Shown in pieces: positions 18,977 to 32,400 of a stretch of DNA of 64,000 nt. The stretch is from positions 696,235-760,234 of the forward strand of contig JBBCGO010000001.1 of assembly GCA_037200925.1 (NCBI GenBank), in the 5' to 3' direction. Position 1 is the first letter of the stretch; the number at the start of each line of letters is the position of its first letter. The DNA is from Candidatus Doudnabacteria bacterium. Lineage in GTDB: Bacteria > Patescibacteriota > Doudnabacteria > UBA920 > O2-02-FULL-48-8. Below the pieces are notes generated by a model. The model was not told where the DNA came from and did not search any database. It saw only the letters and a program-made list of their open reading frames with translations. Both the position numbers and the translations under genes were made by a program.

Positions 18977-19797
18977 TGCTTAAGATAATATTTTTTGGAG
19001 ACATCACAGGCGAGCCGGGCCGGGCGGCCGTTAAAAAAACCCTGCCGGATTTGATCAAGTCCGAGCAGCCTGATTTGATCTTGGCGAATGTTGAAAATTT
19101 GGCTCACGGCAAAGGCGTGACTGTCAAAACTTTGGAAGAATTGATCCGCCTCGGCATCTCCGGGTTTACTTCAGGCAATCATATTTATTCCAAAAAAGAT
19201 CTGTCGGATGAAACTTTCCGAAAATATCCGGACAAACTTGTCCGGCCGGCTAATATTCCCGACACCTATGCGGGGAAAAACGCGGTGGTCATCCCGACCG
19301 CCAAAGGCGATGTCTTGATCGGCAATTTCCTGGGCCAGGTGTTCATGGAAAAACAATTCCACGATCCGATCAGTTCGCCTTTTGCTGAAGCGGAAAAATG
19401 GCTTACAGCCAACGATCCAAAAAATTACGCAGCGGTGGTGATCGATTTTCACGCCGAAGCGACAAGTGAGAAAGTCGCCTTCGGATATTTTTTGGATGGC
19501 CGGGTCAGCGCAGTTTTGGGCACGCATACCCATATCCCCACTGCAGATGCAAAAATCCTGCCCGGGGGAACCGCCTATATCACGGACGTCGGCATGTGCG
19601 GAGCAGCAGGGGGAGTGCTGGGTGTTAAGAAAGAATTGTCTCTGGAACGGTTTACCTCGGGCACACGGGTGCCGTTTGATATCCCGGAAGACCCTTCTTC
19701 TGCGGAATTAAGTTATGTTATCATAGAGGTGGACGAAACCAGCCGGAAAGCCCTCAAAATTTCCAGCCAACATCAAATAATTAAAATCAATGGATAA
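18976..19797 (+). CDS. ymdB: YmdB-family metallophosphoesterase (2',3'-cyclic-nucleotide phosphodiesterase)
   Basis: Calcineurin-like motifs (FFGDITG, GNHI, GTHTHIPT). Conserved rny-ymdB adjacency. Confidence 0.8.
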   Translation: MLKIIFFGDITGEPGRAAVKKTLPDLIKSEQPDLILANVENLAHGKGVTVKTLEELIRLGISGFTSGNHIYSKKDLSDETFRKYPDKLVRPANIPDTYAGKNAVVIPTAKGDVLIGNFLGQVFMEKQFHDPISSPFAEAEKWLTANDPKNYAAVVIDFHAEATSEKVAFGYFLDGRVSAVLGTHTHIPTADAKILPGGTAYITDVGMCGAAGGVLGVKKELSLERFTSGTRVPFDIPEDPSSAELSYVIIEVDETSRKALKISSQHQIIKING

Positions 19798-20347
19798 TTT
19801 TATTTTTGACCCAGCCAGTAAATTTTTAGACCCGGAAAAGATCCTGTTCGCCGCAGGCCTTTCTGCCGGCCAGATCGTGGCCGATCTGGGCACCGGCAGC
19901 GGATTTTATACCCTGGCGGCCGGGAAAATTGTCGGGGATGGGGGACAAGTTTTTGCCGTGGATATTTTAGATACAGCCTTAGACCATGTCTCGGCGGAAG
20001 CCCGGATGAAAGGCTTGAGAAATCTTAAAATCTTACGCGCGGACCTGGAACAGGCCGATTCCTGCCGCAATATTCCCACAGGCAGCATTGATATGGCGAT
20101 CATGGCCAATATCTTTCACCAAATAAAAAACCATGCCGCTTTGTTCACTGAAGCTTACCGGATGCTGAAAACCGGCGGCAAGCTGGTGGCGATAGATTGG
20201 AATGATATGCCCGGTCCGATCGGGCCTATGGCGGCGGATAGGGTCAAACCGGAAGTTTTAAAAAAATTGGCTAAGCAAACAACATTGAAGGAAGCGGGAG
20301 TGCTGCCTACTGATATTTATCATTATGGATTAATGTTCATTAAATGA
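19790..20347 (+). CDS. class I SAM-dependent methyltransferase
   Basis: Motif I VADLGTGSGFYT and post-I acidic residue (VFAVDI). Confidence 0.7.
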   Translation: MDNFIFDPASKFLDPEKILFAAGLSAGQIVADLGTGSGFYTLAAGKIVGDGGQVFAVDILDTALDHVSAEARMKGLRNLKILRADLEQADSCRNIPTGSIDMAIMANIFHQIKNHAALFTEAYRMLKTGGKLVAIDWNDMPGPIGPMAADRVKPEVLKKLAKQTTLKEAGVLPTDIYHYGLMFIK

Positions 20348-20757
20348 TCATGTGGGCCAAATTATTTGACCGCAATTTGTGGTTTGCGCAGCCTTCGATC
20401 GTTCTTGCCCATACGGATCTATACTTGGGATATTTTTTTGCCGCTTGCATAATTTTGGCGATCGTCTTAAAGCTGTCCGAGCGGTTTGTCATAAACAAGG
20501 TCAAGGCAAAACTGATCGACAGACTTTTTTATCTTCTATTAACGATCGGGATCTCAGGCCTGGTCTGGTTTGGGTTCAGGTACGAAAATACTCAGATCTT
20601 TGCCATGCGCGCCTGGGCCGGTTTGGTGCTGTTGACAGGATTGGTTTGGTTTTTGTTCGTAATAAAATACCTGATCTTTAAATTTTCTACAGAGCTGAAG
20701 GAATATGAGCATACGCTCATCAGAAATAAATATATTCCCGGCCCGAAAAACCGATGA
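20344..20757 (+). CDS. small membrane protein, unknown function
   Basis: 137 aa with 3 hydrophobic helices. Confidence 0.5.
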   Translation: MIMWAKLFDRNLWFAQPSIVLAHTDLYLGYFFAACIILAIVLKLSERFVINKVKAKLIDRLFYLLLTIGISGLVWFGFRYENTQIFAMRAWAGLVLLTGLVWFLFVIKYLIFKFSTELKEYEHTLIRNKYIPGPKNR

Positions 20758-21125
20758 CCAACCTCGGATCGGCGGGAGAGAAGCTGGTTGCTGAAACCTA
20801 TCAGGAGCAGGGCTGCCGGTTGCTTGAAAAAAATTATATCTTTCCTCACGGCAAACAGATCGGAGAGATCGACCTGATTTTTGAAAAAGACAAAGAGATC
20901 ATATTCGTGGAAGTGAAAGCACGTTCGTCTGAGAAATTCGGCGGTCCGTTCGAGGCGGTGGATCTTAATAAGCGCAGAAGGCTGATCAAAACAGCCAAAT
21001 TATATCTTCAGCTGCATCCTAAATTTCTGGAGCACAATTACCGGATTGACGTGGCAGGAGTCGATATTGACAACCCAACCGAACCTGTTATAATACTTAC
21101 GAACGCTATTGAAGATTTAGATTAA
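20754..21125 (+). CDS. yraN: YraN-family (UPF0102) endonuclease
   Basis: YraN core GEIDLIFEKDKEIIFVEVKAR, about 120 aa. Confidence 0.75.
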   Translation: MTNLGSAGEKLVAETYQEQGCRLLEKNYIFPHGKQIGEIDLIFEKDKEIIFVEVKARSSEKFGGPFEAVDLNKRRRLIKTAKLYLQLHPKFLEHNYRIDVAGVDIDNPTEPVIILTNAIEDLD

Positions 21126-21147
21126 ACGAGCATTAAGCTCGTTTTTT
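21126..21147 (+). terminator. rho-independent terminator after yraN
   Basis: acgagc-atta-gctcgt hairpin plus TTTTTTT. Confidence 0.7.
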
Positions 21148-21173
21148 TGTTACAAGGAATATTTTAATTAACG

Positions 21174-21286
21174 AAAAAATTGAGTCGCAGACCCGCAGGG
21201 TCGAGAACAATTTTTTCGAGAGGAGCGGCAAGTAGACCGAAGCGTATTTGCAAAGCAAATCGCGAAGTGTCTATCCGACGCGACGA
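21174..21286 (+). other. conserved structured noncoding element, copy 2 (ends at the nusA ATG)
   Basis: AAAAAATTG...CAATTTTTT outer stem, AGTCGCAG-[gaccc-gca-gggtc]-CGAGAA, then GAGAGGAGC...GCGAAGTGTCT...GACGCGACGA. Paralog of 9951-10083. Confidence 0.45.
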
Positions 21287-22420
21287 ATGAATGAGCAGTT
21301 TGAACAGGCGCTGAATCAGATCGCCGAAGAGAAAGATATAAATAAAGAAGAGATCTTGAAAATGATCGAGGTTTCTTTGGCCGCGGCTTTCCGCAAAGAT
21401 TACGGCAAAAAAGACCAGAATATCGTGGTCGAGTTTTTGCCTGACACTTTAGGCACGAAAGTCTTTGACGTGAAAAAAGTCGTAGAAGAAGTAACCGACC
21501 CGGTTAAAGAAATGACCCTTGAGGATGCCAAAAAAGCGAAAAAAGGCGCTAAGGTCGGCGATGAGATAAAAATTGACATCACGCCCAAAACCGGCGCCAC
21601 ATTCGGCCGGATCGCCGCGCAGACCGCAAAGCAGGTCATTGTCCAGAAGATCAGGGAAGCGGAGCGGGGAGTGCTGTTCACGGATTATAAAGCCAAAGAG
21701 CGCCAGTTGGTTTCAGGGATTGTCCAACGAATTGAAGGCGAGACTGTACTGATAGATTTGGGGAAAACCACGGGAGTTTTGTTTCCTTCCGAACAGATCA
21801 AAGGTGAGAAATATGCCATAGGCGCACGGATCAAAGTTTTAATTCTGCATGTTGAACCCACGGCCAAGGGACCAAAGATCACATTATCCCGATCGCATCC
21901 GGACGTGGTCAGAAGGCTGTTTGAAATTGAAGTGCCGGAGATCTTTAACGGCATTGTTGAAGTCAAAGCCATCGCCCGCGAAGCGGGAAGTCGGACCAAG
22001 ATCGCAGTCTGGTCGTCACAGGACGGCGTGGACCCGATCGGCGCTTGCGTGGGCCAGCGCGGGACCCGCGTGCAGGTCATCATGGCAGAGCTCAACGGCG
22101 AAAAGATAGATATCATTTCCTGGTCTGAGGATCCCGTGAAATTTATCGCCAATGCTTTGTCCCCGGCAAAGATCTTGAATGTGACGTTGAACGAGGATGC
22201 CAAAGAAGCCAAGGTCGGTGTGCTTGAGGACCAGCTGTCTTTGGCCATCGGCAAGACCGGTCAAAACGTCCGGCTGGCAGCGCGGTTGACCGGCTGGAAA
22301 ATTGATATTGCGGAAGAGAAAATTTCAGGAGGCCAGCCTGAGTCGGAGGTGACGAGCGAAGAATTAAATCCGGAAGAACCCGCTGTTGCCGCGGAAGGAG
22401 AACAAATAAATGCGCAATAA
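21287..22420 (+). CDS. nusA: transcription termination/antitermination factor NusA
   Basis: NusA N-terminal domain, S1 domain and two KH domains ([21 protein letters not shown]). Start trimmed to MNEQFEQ. Confidence 0.9.
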   Translation: MNEQFEQALNQIAEEKDINKEEILKMIEVSLAAAFRKDYGKKDQNIVVEFLPDTLGTKVFDVKKVVEEVTDPVKEMTLEDAKKAKKGAKVGDEIKIDITPKTGATFGRIAAQTAKQVIVQKIREAERGVLFTDYKAKERQLVSGIVQRIEGETVLIDLGKTTGVLFPSEQIKGEKYAIGARIKVLILHVEPTAKGPKITLSRSHPDVVRRLFEIEVPEIFNGIVEVKAIAREAGSRTKIAVWSSQDGVDPIGACVGQRGTRVQVIMAELNGEKIDIISWSEDPVKFIANALSPAKILNVTLNEDAKEAKVGVLEDQLSLAIGKTGQNVRLAARLTGWKIDIAEEKISGGQPESEVTSEELNPEEPAVAAEGEQINAQ

Positions 22421-23009
22421 AATAATAGAGATGCCTCTGGTGCCGATGGTGGTTGAAAAATCCCAATTCGGCGAGCGGGCCTTTGACATCTATTCAAGGC
22501 TTTTGAAAGAAAGAATTATTTTTTTGGGCGAGGCGATCGATGATCATGTGGCGAATTTGGTGATCGCTCAATTGCTGTTCCTGGAAGCAGAGGACCCGAA
22601 GAAAGAAATTAAACTGTACATTAATTCTCCGGGTGGCTCGGTCACATCCGCTTTGGCGATCTATGATACCATGCAGTTTGTAAAAGCAGATGTGATCACG
22701 GTCTGCATCGGACAAGCCGCTTCTGCCGCGGCCGTACTTCTGGCCGCTGGCGCTGCCGGAAAAAGAATGTCACTGCCGAACGCGCGCGTCATGATCCACC
22801 AGGTCATGGGCGGAGTGGAAGGCCAGGTGCGCGATGTCGAGATCCAGACCAAAGAAATGGTCCGCATCAAGCATCAGATAAACGACATTTTGATCAAACA
22901 CACAGGGCAGTCATTGAAGAAAATTGAAACTGACACTGACCGAGATTTCTTCATGACCCCGGAAGAAGCAAAAAATTACGGTCTGATCGACAAGGTCATT
23001 CTGCCGTAG
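22410..23009 (+). CDS. clpP: ATP-dependent Clp protease proteolytic subunit
   Basis: ClpP catalytic Ser/His/Asp context ([15 protein letters not shown]). Confidence 0.9.
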   Translation: MRNKIIEMPLVPMVVEKSQFGERAFDIYSRLLKERIIFLGEAIDDHVANLVIAQLLFLEAEDPKKEIKLYINSPGGSVTSALAIYDTMQFVKADVITVCIGQAASAAAVLLAAGAAGKRMSLPNARVMIHQVMGGVEGQVRDVEIQTKEMVRIKHQINDILIKHTGQSLKKIETDTDRDFFMTPEEAKNYGLIDKVILP

Positions 23010-23033
23010 ATTTATTATTTAATTGCACAAAGG

Positions 23034-23060
23034 AAAACAGGACAATTGTCCTGTTTTTTT
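23034..23060 (+). terminator. rho-independent terminator after clpP
   Basis: acaggac-aatt-gtcctgt hairpin plus TTTTTTT. Confidence 0.7.
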
Positions 23061-23075
23061 GTTAACGACTACAGA

Positions 23076-23104
23076 TTGACAAGTACGCTTAAATTTGCTA
23101 TAAT
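23076..23104 (+). promoter_or_regulatory. consensus sigma70-type promoter heading the surface-protein locus
   Basis: Perfect TTGACA (23076-23081), 17-nt spacer, perfect TATAAT (23099-23104). Confidence 0.6.
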
Positions 23105-23278
23105 AATATCAGTAATGGTAAGTTTTGTTAGGTTCGAAACCAAAATAAAAAACAATTGAATATAAGACTACTGAAAAGGCCCAAAATTGGCCATTTTCTG
23201 GTGTTTATTATGTCTTTACCCTTGGTAGCTAAGTAAGTTTAATCAAGGGCCGGTTGTTGAAACAAAAACAAAATCAAA

Positions 23279-23458
23279 ATGTCTTTTGAGGAACTGCCAG
23301 AGCTTCTGACGATCCGCGAGGTGACTCATTTGCTGAATGTTCATCCGAATACCCTTCGGAATTGGGAAAAAGAAGGGCTGATTAATGTTGTCCGGATCGG
23401 TCCCAGAAAAGACAGGCGATATGAGAAGCAGGTTATCAGGAAAATAATGCGGCCGTAA
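23279..23458 (+). CDS. small HTH DNA-binding protein, excisionase/MerR-like HTH_17 family (59 aa); absent from ORF track
   Basis: LLTIREVTHLLNVHPNTLRNWEKEGLINVVRIGPRKDRRY matches the HTH_17 pattern. Its stop lies 3 nt before the ATG of the giant gene. Confidence 0.6.
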   Translation: MSFEELPELLTIREVTHLLNVHPNTLRNWEKEGLINVVRIGPRKDRRYEKQVIRKIMRP

Positions 23459-23461
23459 AAT

Positions 23462-26400
23462 ATGAGCCAAAATAAAATCAAAATTTTAGCGCTCAAAGTC
23501 ACCATAAGTATTTTAATACTTGGTTTTGTCGCACCTGATATTTTTCCGATCCAGGCTTATTTTATTCCTATTGCACAGGCTGCAACGGGTGTGCCGAAGG
23601 CATTTAGCTATCAAGGCCGTTTAACCGATTCAACCGGCGCACTGCTGGGGGGAGCGGGAACTAACTATACTTTTAAATTTTCCATTTGGGACAGTGCCAC
23701 GCCTCCCGGTGGGACACGGTTGTGGCCAGCAAGCCCGCCCGGTTCTGTAACGCTTAATGTTACCCAAGGAGTGTTCAACGTAAATATTGGAGATACGGCG
23801 CATGGTTATCCGGATGCGCTGACATTTGATTTCAATTCCACCGATACGGCATATCTGCAAGTCGAAGTTTTAAATCCTGCTACCTCCACGTACGAAACTT
23901 TATCACCGCGGCAATTGATCGCATCTTCGGGCTATGCGATCAATGCCGGGACAGCTACTGCCTTGCAGACAGCTCGGAATATAAACGGCGTACCTTTCAA
24001 TGGCACAGCGGATATTACTATCCCTTCCAATACAGACGCCGGAGCTTTAACCGGTACGACCCTGGCCGCTAATATAGTTAATTCATCTTTAACTTTGGTG
24101 GGACACCTGGTTTCAGGCACGCTCATCGGCACTCAGACTTTTACCAACAACAATATTTCTGACAGCGGAGGACTCACAATCGACTCGGGTGGCGCTTTGA
24201 ATTTAGGCACATCTACTTCGACCAGTGTTTCGATTGGCAAAACAGGAACCGTCACCACGATTAATGGTTCTCTGACGATCCCGAACTACATTGACTTCAC
24301 TAACTTAACCGCACCTGCCTACAAGGAGGGCCGATTATTCTACGATCCTGTCAGCAAGTCTTTATCTTTCTACAACGATCTCAGTGGGCTTAGTTTGCAT
24401 ATTGGTCAAACACTCTGGACACGTGTAAAAAATGTAACAGGTGCAACAATTCCCAAAGGTTCATCCGTATATTTTAGCGGTGTTGACGCATTTGGTTTTC
24501 CAACAGTTGCTAAAGCCCAGGCAAACAGTCCCGTAACTACCCAATCAGCAGGAGTTACAACCCAGGATATTCCGAACGGAGCTTATGGTTATGCCACCGG
24601 CGTCGGTTTGGTTGAGAACCTTGATACCTCAGCATTCACCGCGGGTGACCGGCTTTTTCTGTCGCCTACAACACCCGGCGGGTTTGTAACAACCCAGCCT
24701 GCTGCTCCGTTTTTTTCAATGCCTATTGGACGGGTCATAAAATCTGATGCTGTCTCAGGTAGTATTGAAGTTGTCGCTACTCCATTCACCATCGGTGCAT
24801 TTACCTCCGGTTCAATGATATTTGCAAGCCCATTAGGTTTGACGGCCCAGGATAATGCCAATCTGTTCTGGGACAATGCAACAAAGCGCTTGGGCATCGG
24901 TGACAATACGCCTGCGGCAACTCTGACCATCGGCAACGGCACAGCCGGCAGCGGTCTGTTTGAAGTGTTCGGGGCCAACGGCAATGTCACGACGCAAGGC
25001 GATATTACTTTGGCAAACGGAGGAGGCAGCATCACCGCAACAGGCGGCGGTCTGACATTAGTTGGCGGAGCGGCTTCCAATCTTTCAACTACGGCTGGCA
25101 ATATTACGTTGCAGCCTGCAGGCGCCGGAACGACTGCAAATGTACAAATTGGAGCAGGTGGGGCTGGATCAGCAACGCCAGATCTTCTGGTCGTGGATGC
25201 GAAATCATCGGCGGGTGATCCGGCCGGTACCAATGGCGCGATCTACTACAATATTGCTAATAACAGATTCCGTTGTTTTGAAAATAATGCGTGGAAAGAT
25301 TGCGATTCCGTCACTGCCGCAACTTTGCAGGTCGCTTATAATAATAGCGGAGCGATTACGACTTCCGGATCCCATGATATTGCTTTCACGCTCACGTCCG
25401 GGAATTTCATCGCTTCCGGGGCTGGCTCAGTAAATCTTACTCCGACCGCTGCTTCATCTTTTACTTCCGGAGGCGCGTTAACTCTGACTGGGGGAGCGGC
25501 ATCCGCATTATCTACCACTTCCGGTGATCTTACTTTGCAAGCCGGTTCAGGTACGGTTTCCCTGGGTAGCTCGACTAATTTGACCGCAGCAACCGGCTTA
25601 ACTATCTCAACAGGATTCGGCAATATAATATTGCATCCGGCAGGAGCCGGAACAACGGCCACTGTCCAGATCGGTTCCGGCGGAGCCGGCTCTACCGCTC
25701 CTGATCTGTTTGGCGTTGACACAAAGTCAGATGCCGGAGATCCGGCAGGATTTAATGGAGCGATGTATTACAATACCAATTCCAACAGTTTCCGCTGTTA
25801 TGAAAACGGGGCATGGAAAAATTGCGATACGACAGGCGGAACTACAACATTACAATCGGCTTACAGCGCCGGCGCAACTATCACGACCGGAAGCTCAACT
25901 GATATTGTATTTACGCTCGCTTCCGGAAACTTCGATGTTTCAGGGGCCGGCTCGGTAAATCTTACACCCACAGGTAACTCCAGCTTTACTTCTGACGCAA
26001 ATTTAACACTCACTTCCGGTACGGCAACTACATGGGGCACAACTGCCGGAGATCTGACTTTGCAAGTTAACGGCGTCGGGACTACAGGCAGTGTTCATAT
26101 TGGAGCTGGAGCTCCCGGTTCCAACGGCCCTGATCTGTTCGGCCTTGATGTGAAATCAACAGCCGGCGATCCGGCCGGGTATAATGGAGCGATGTATTAC
26201 AACGGCTCATCAAACGTTTTCCGTTGTTTTGAAAATGGAGCATGGAAAGATTGCGGTGCGACGGGAAGCGGAGGAGGATTGTCACTGCAGCAAACGTACA
26301 TAAATGGTCCAACTATTACTACGACCGCGTCAACTGATCTGGCTTTGATCCTTGCTTCCGGTGATTTCACAGCCTCGGGAGCCGGTTCGGTAAATCTTAA

Positions 26401-29400
26401 CCCGACAGGTGCTTCCAGTTTTACTTCCGGCGGAGCATTAACGCTTACCGGCGGAGCGGCATCTGTTTTCGGAACGAGTGCCGGAGATCTGACTTTGCAA
26501 GCTGCCGGAAATGGAACTACGGCAAATGTTCATATTGGCGCAGGAGGTGTCGGGTCCGCCACGCCGGATCTGCTTGCTTTGGATGTGAAATCTACAAGCG
26601 GAGACCCGACCGGTGTCAACGGGTCAATGTACTACAATGCGAGTACAAACAGGTTCAGATGTTATGAAAATAACGCTTGGAAAGATTGTGATATCAGCGG
26701 TACTGATACTTTGCAAACTGTTTATAATAATGGCGCAACTATTGTTACAGCCGGTTCCGTTCCAATCACGTTTAATCTTGCGTCGGGAAATTTTAATGTC
26801 TCCGGCGCAGGGTCTGTAAATCTGACCCCAACCGGAGCGTTAACGCTCACCGGAGGCGCTGCGTCAACATTCTCAACAAGTTCCGGCGCGCTCACAATCG
26901 ACTCAGCAGCTACTTTGAATTTAGGCACCACTAATGCCACCGGAGTCTCCATCGGTAAAACAGGAACTGTCGCCACTGTGAACGGTTCGCTTACGATACC
27001 AAATTACATTGATTTTACGAACACGGTAAAGCCGCCGTATTCTGAAGGCCGAGTTTTTTATGACACAACTGACAAGACTCTTGCATATTATAATGATGCC
27101 TCTAACAGTACGCTGAACATCGGTCAGGAAGAATGGATCCGTGTTAAGAACATTACCGGCACCGATATTGCCGATGGCAAAGTAGTATATATTAGCGGTT
27201 CCTCAGGAGGCATACCGACAGTTGCGTTGGCCAGGGCTGATAGTCCAACTACTTCTCAGGCGGCCGGCATCACAACTAATGCGATTCCCAACGGCAGCAT
27301 CAGTTATATTACTAATTTTGGATTAATTCATAAGGAGAATACCGCGTCGTTCAGTGCGGGAGACCAAATATTCCTTTCAGCCACATCTGCGGGTGATTAC
27401 ACGGCCACCAGGCCCTCTTCCCCGAATCTTACGGTAAAACTTGGTTATATCGCAGTGTCAGATTCAACTTTAGGCATTGTTCTGGCAAATATCGCGCCAG
27501 CGCCGTTTCAATCTGGAATTTTAGGTACCGGCAGTATCCCGTTTGCCAATTCCAGCGGCCTGTTGATTTCAAATAACAACAATTTATTTTGGGACCAGGT
27601 AAATAACCGTCTCGGTATCGGTGACAATACGCCCGCAGCAACTCTGACCATCGGCAATGGCACACCCGGCAGCGCCTTGTTTGAAGTTTTTGGGTCAACT
27701 GGAAATATAACGACGAAAGGGGATATTAATTTGGCTGCCGGCGGTACTATTACAGGTACCGGTCCTTTGGCCATTACTGCAACTGGAGCAAATGCTCTAA
27801 CTTTAGATACAGGAACTACGGGTACAATCAATATCGGTACCGGGATTTCTGGCAAAACTATAAATATTGGCACAGACAACACCGCTGCTGATACGATTGT
27901 CATCGGTTCTTCTCTGGATACTCTTAAACTGGGAAAGTTCAATACGGCTAACGCCATTATCTATACTGCGAATGGAACTACCGATGGCACTCTGGCCTCA
28001 ATAGCCAACGGTACGACAGGGCAATGTTTGGTAGCCACCACAGGGCTTGCCCCTGCTTGGGGAACGTGTCCTGCAGATGCAAGTGCTCTTACAGGAACCA
28101 CTCTTGCAGCCAGTGTAGTTAATTCTTCCTTAACATCAGTTGGAACGTTAACAGGCCTGACCGTCACTGCTCCCATCATAGGTTCTATCACTGGTTCCTC
28201 CGGTTCTACTACCGGCAATGCTGCAACTGCCACCACTCTCGAAACTGCCAGACTCATCAACGGAGTATCATTCAACGGTTCTGCTGACATCACGGTAGCT
28301 GCCGATGCCGGCACTCTGACCGGAAACACTCTTGCTGCGAATGTGGTTAATTCATCTTTAACTTCAGTCGGACCCTTAACAGGTCTTACTGTCATTGCTC
28401 CTATTGCCGGCAGCGTCACCGGTTCAGCCGCCACTGTTACAGATGCTGCACAACCGGCTATTACTTCCGTCGGAACGTTAACAGGTCTTACGGTAACAGC
28501 GCCGATAGTTGGAAGTGTGACAGGAAGTTCCGGTTCTACCACAGGCAATGCTGCTACTGCTACAAAGTTGGAAACGCCTCGTCTCATCAACGGAGTTGCT
28601 TTTGACGGCTCAGCAGATATTACGATCACTGCCGTTGCTGCAGCAGGAACTCTGACAGGTACAACCCTTGCAGCCAATGTGGTTAATTCTTCCTTAACAT
28701 CTGTAGGAACATTGGCAGGATTGACTGTCACAGCTCCGATAGTAGGAAGTGTTACTGGTTCCTCCGGTTCTACCACAGGCAATGCGGCTACAGCTACCAC
28801 TCTTGCAACCCCAAGACTAATCAACGGGGTATCCTTCAATGGTTCTGCCGACATCACAGTTACAGCAGCAGCAGGAACTCTGACAGGAACAACCCTGGCA
28901 GCAGGAGTCACAGCTTCATCTCTAACATCTGTAGGAACATTGGCAGGCTTGACTGTCACAGCTCCGATAGTAGGAAGTATCACAGGCAATGCGGCAACAG
29001 CAACCACTGCTACTTCTGCCACCAACCTTGCCGGAGGCTTGGGAGGCCAGATCCCTTACCAATCAGCTGCAGGAACAACAGCATTCTTAGCCAATGGTAC
29101 TGCAGGACAAGTTCTTCAAAGCAACGGCACAACCCTGGCTCCTACTTGGGTTGCAGCTGCTACCGGAACACTGACCGGATTATCGGTTGTATCAGCAAAT
29201 GGTTTTGCCGGATCTTCCAGCGGCGGCACCACCCCTGCTATTACTATCTCAACCACGATCACAGGATTACTAAAGGGGAATGGAACAGCCATATCTGCTG
29301 CCACAGCAGGCACTGATTATTCCCTGGGAACCTCTGCTTTAGCCACCGGTATCTTAAAGAGCACCACCACTACAGGGGCATTAAGTATTGCAGTGCCGGC

Positions 29401-32400
29401 GGACTTCCCGGTATTGAACCAGAACACTACTGGCTCTGCCGCAACATTAACAACCCCCCGCCTAATCAACGGGGTATCCTTCAATGGTTCTGCTGACATC
29501 ACAGTTACAGCAGCAGCAGGAACTCTGACAGGAACAACCCTGGCAGCAGGAGTCACAGCTTCATCTCTAACATCTGTAGGAACATTGGCAGGCTTGACTG
29601 TCACAGCTCCGATAGTAGGAAGTATCACAGGCAATGCGGCAACAGCAACCACTGCTACTTCTGCCACTAACCTTGCCGGAGGATTAGGAGGCCAGATCCC
29701 TTACCAATCAGCTGCAGGAACAACAGCATTCTTAGCCAATGGTACTGCAGGACAAGTTCTTCAAAGCAACGGCACAACATTAGCTCCGACTTGGGTAGTT
29801 CCAAGTTCAATAGCAGCAGCAGGAACTCTGACAGGAACCACTCTTGCAGCCAATGTGGTTAATTCATCCTTAACATCTGTAGGAACATTGGCAGGCCTTA
29901 CTGTCACAGCTCCGATAGTAGGAAGTATCACAGGTTCCTCCGGTTCTACCACAGGCAATGCTGCTACAGCTACCACTCTTGCAACCCCCCGCCTAATCAA
30001 CGGGGTATCATTCAACGGTTCTGCCGACATCACAGTTACAGCAGCAGCAGGAACTCTGACAGGAACAACCCTGGCAGCAGGAGTCACAGCTTCATCTCTA
30101 ACATCTGTAGGAACATTGGCAGGATTGACTGTCACAGCTCCGATAGTAGGAAGTATTACGGGGAATGCCGGGAGTGCGACCAAGCTAGCAACACCTCGCC
30201 TCATCAACGGAGTTGCTTTTGACGGCACTGCCGATATTACAATCACCGCAGCTGCGGCAGCTGGTACTCTGACCGGCACTACTCTGGCTGCCAATGTGGT
30301 CAACTCGTCCTTAACCTCAGTAGGAGCTTTGGTTTCCGGAACACAGATCGCTTCTCAAACGTTTACCACCAACAACATTGCAGACTCAGGAGCCTTGACC
30401 ATAACTTCAGGGGGAGCTGGCAATTTGGCGCTCAACTCTGCTTCAGGCATAGTGACTTCCAACGGCACAACCGTAACATTGGGAGGCTCAGCCACCATCA
30501 ACGGAGGCAATGCCGCTGCCGGCACCTTAACCTTAGTCTCCACTACCAATGGCACTAAGGGTGATATTCAATTTTTCTCATCCGCTAACAAGATTACTTC
30601 AGCCGGCGCTCTGACCATTGCCGGACCAATAGTTGCTTCCAACTTCACCGGCACATTGACCGGCACCAACACCGGAGACCAGACCATAACCTTAACCGGA
30701 GATGTCACCGGATCAGGCACCGGTACATTTGCCGCTACGATTGCCCCGAATGCTGTGACGACAGGTAAGATCCTTGACGGTACAATTTTAAATGCTGATC
30801 TTGCTAATTCAACAATAGGATTGCTTATTGGTACATCTGGAACAGATGTAGGCGTAACGGGTTCTCCCGCATCACTTGGGGGCAGCCTTACCCTCAATAT
30901 TCCAAACGCCTCCGCAACCAACCGTGGAGTGCTTACCGCAGCCGACTGGGCAGCGTTTAATTCTAAACAGGCAGCTTTTGGATATACGCCGGAAGATGTT
31001 GCTAATAAATCATCAAATGTCAATCTTGGCACTTCCAATATTTTATATCCAACTCAAAATGCGGTAAAAACTTATGTTGACAATCTTACCACTGGCCTCA
31101 TTTGGCAAAACCCGATAGAAAATGCCGGCGTTATTGCCGATACGGCAACTCCGGTCGGATCTCCAGTGAGCGGTGATTCTTACATAATTAATACCGGCGG
31201 CAATACCGGCGTTTGGGCGGGTTTCAGTGCCGGGGACCTGGTCCAGTACCAAGGGACTACATGGGTAAAGGTCAAAAGTCTTGTGGTCGGAGACCGCTTT
31301 GGCGTGAGTTTCTTGTCTCCGACAGTTCCATCCGGAGCCATGACAGGAAAAAGTGACAACCTGGTACAAGTCAGCGGCGGAACTCCCGGCGCATTTACGT
31401 ATACCTTTATCGCCCCAGTAAACAACTATGCAGTGTTTGATCAAAATCCAAACAGTATGAATTACGGAGTGTCCTTCACTTATACCTCATCACTCGGAGA
31501 ATGGGTTGCGCTTTCCGCAAATACCAGATTATCGGCAGGCAACGGTCTGCAAACGGTCGGAACTACCGTAAGTTTAGGAGCCTTGACTGCGGACTGGAAC
31601 CAGACAGGTGTGTTCAATATCAACACCGCAGGCAATGTCAATGTTAACGGCGGAACCCTTGGCACAACAGCATTAACCGGGAATCTTTTTAATACTACAG
31701 CGACAACTTTAAATATTGGCGGAGCTGCGACGAATATTGTCTTGGGAGCCGCAGGCGCAACCCTTACAGGGGGCGGAGCGCTTACTATCAGTTCAGCTCC
31801 AACGACTGCTTTAACTCTTGATTCCGGCACCACCGGAACCGTTAACCTTGCCACAGGCAATAATGGCAAGACCGTCAACATCGGCACCGGTACTTCCGGA
31901 GATATTATTAACATCGGTACGAATAATACAACTGCCGACACCATCTCTATCGGCTCTGCTCTTGATTCACTTAGTATCTCGTCGGCTCACTTTACAGCCA
32001 CCTCAGCCGGAGCGTTGACCATTTCCGGAGCTTTGTCTGCCTCCAACTTCTCCGGCAGTTCATCCGGCACAAACACCGGAGACCAGACTTCTGTTTCCGG
32101 CAATGCCGGTACGGCAACAGCCCTTCAAACACCTCGAGCTATTAATGGAGTAAATTTTGATGGAACTGCTCCGATTACCATCACGGCCGCTGCCGGAACC
32201 TTAACCGGGACCGTCCTGGCTGCCAATGTAGTTAACTCTTCTCTAACATCAGTAGGAACCTTAGCAGGCTTAACTGTCACAGCTCCGATAGTAGGAAGTA
32301 TCACAGGCAATGCGGCTACTGCTACCACTGCTACTTCTGCCACTAACCTTGCCGGAGGATTAGGAGGACAGATCCCTTACCAATCAGCTGCAGGAACAAC

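Noticed and set aside
23243-23470. Minus-strand 75-aa ORF upstream of the giant gene
   Set aside because: The same region encodes on the plus strand a 59-aa protein with a clear HTH_17 motif that is positioned for co-transcription. The minus-strand ORF has no motif or RBS.
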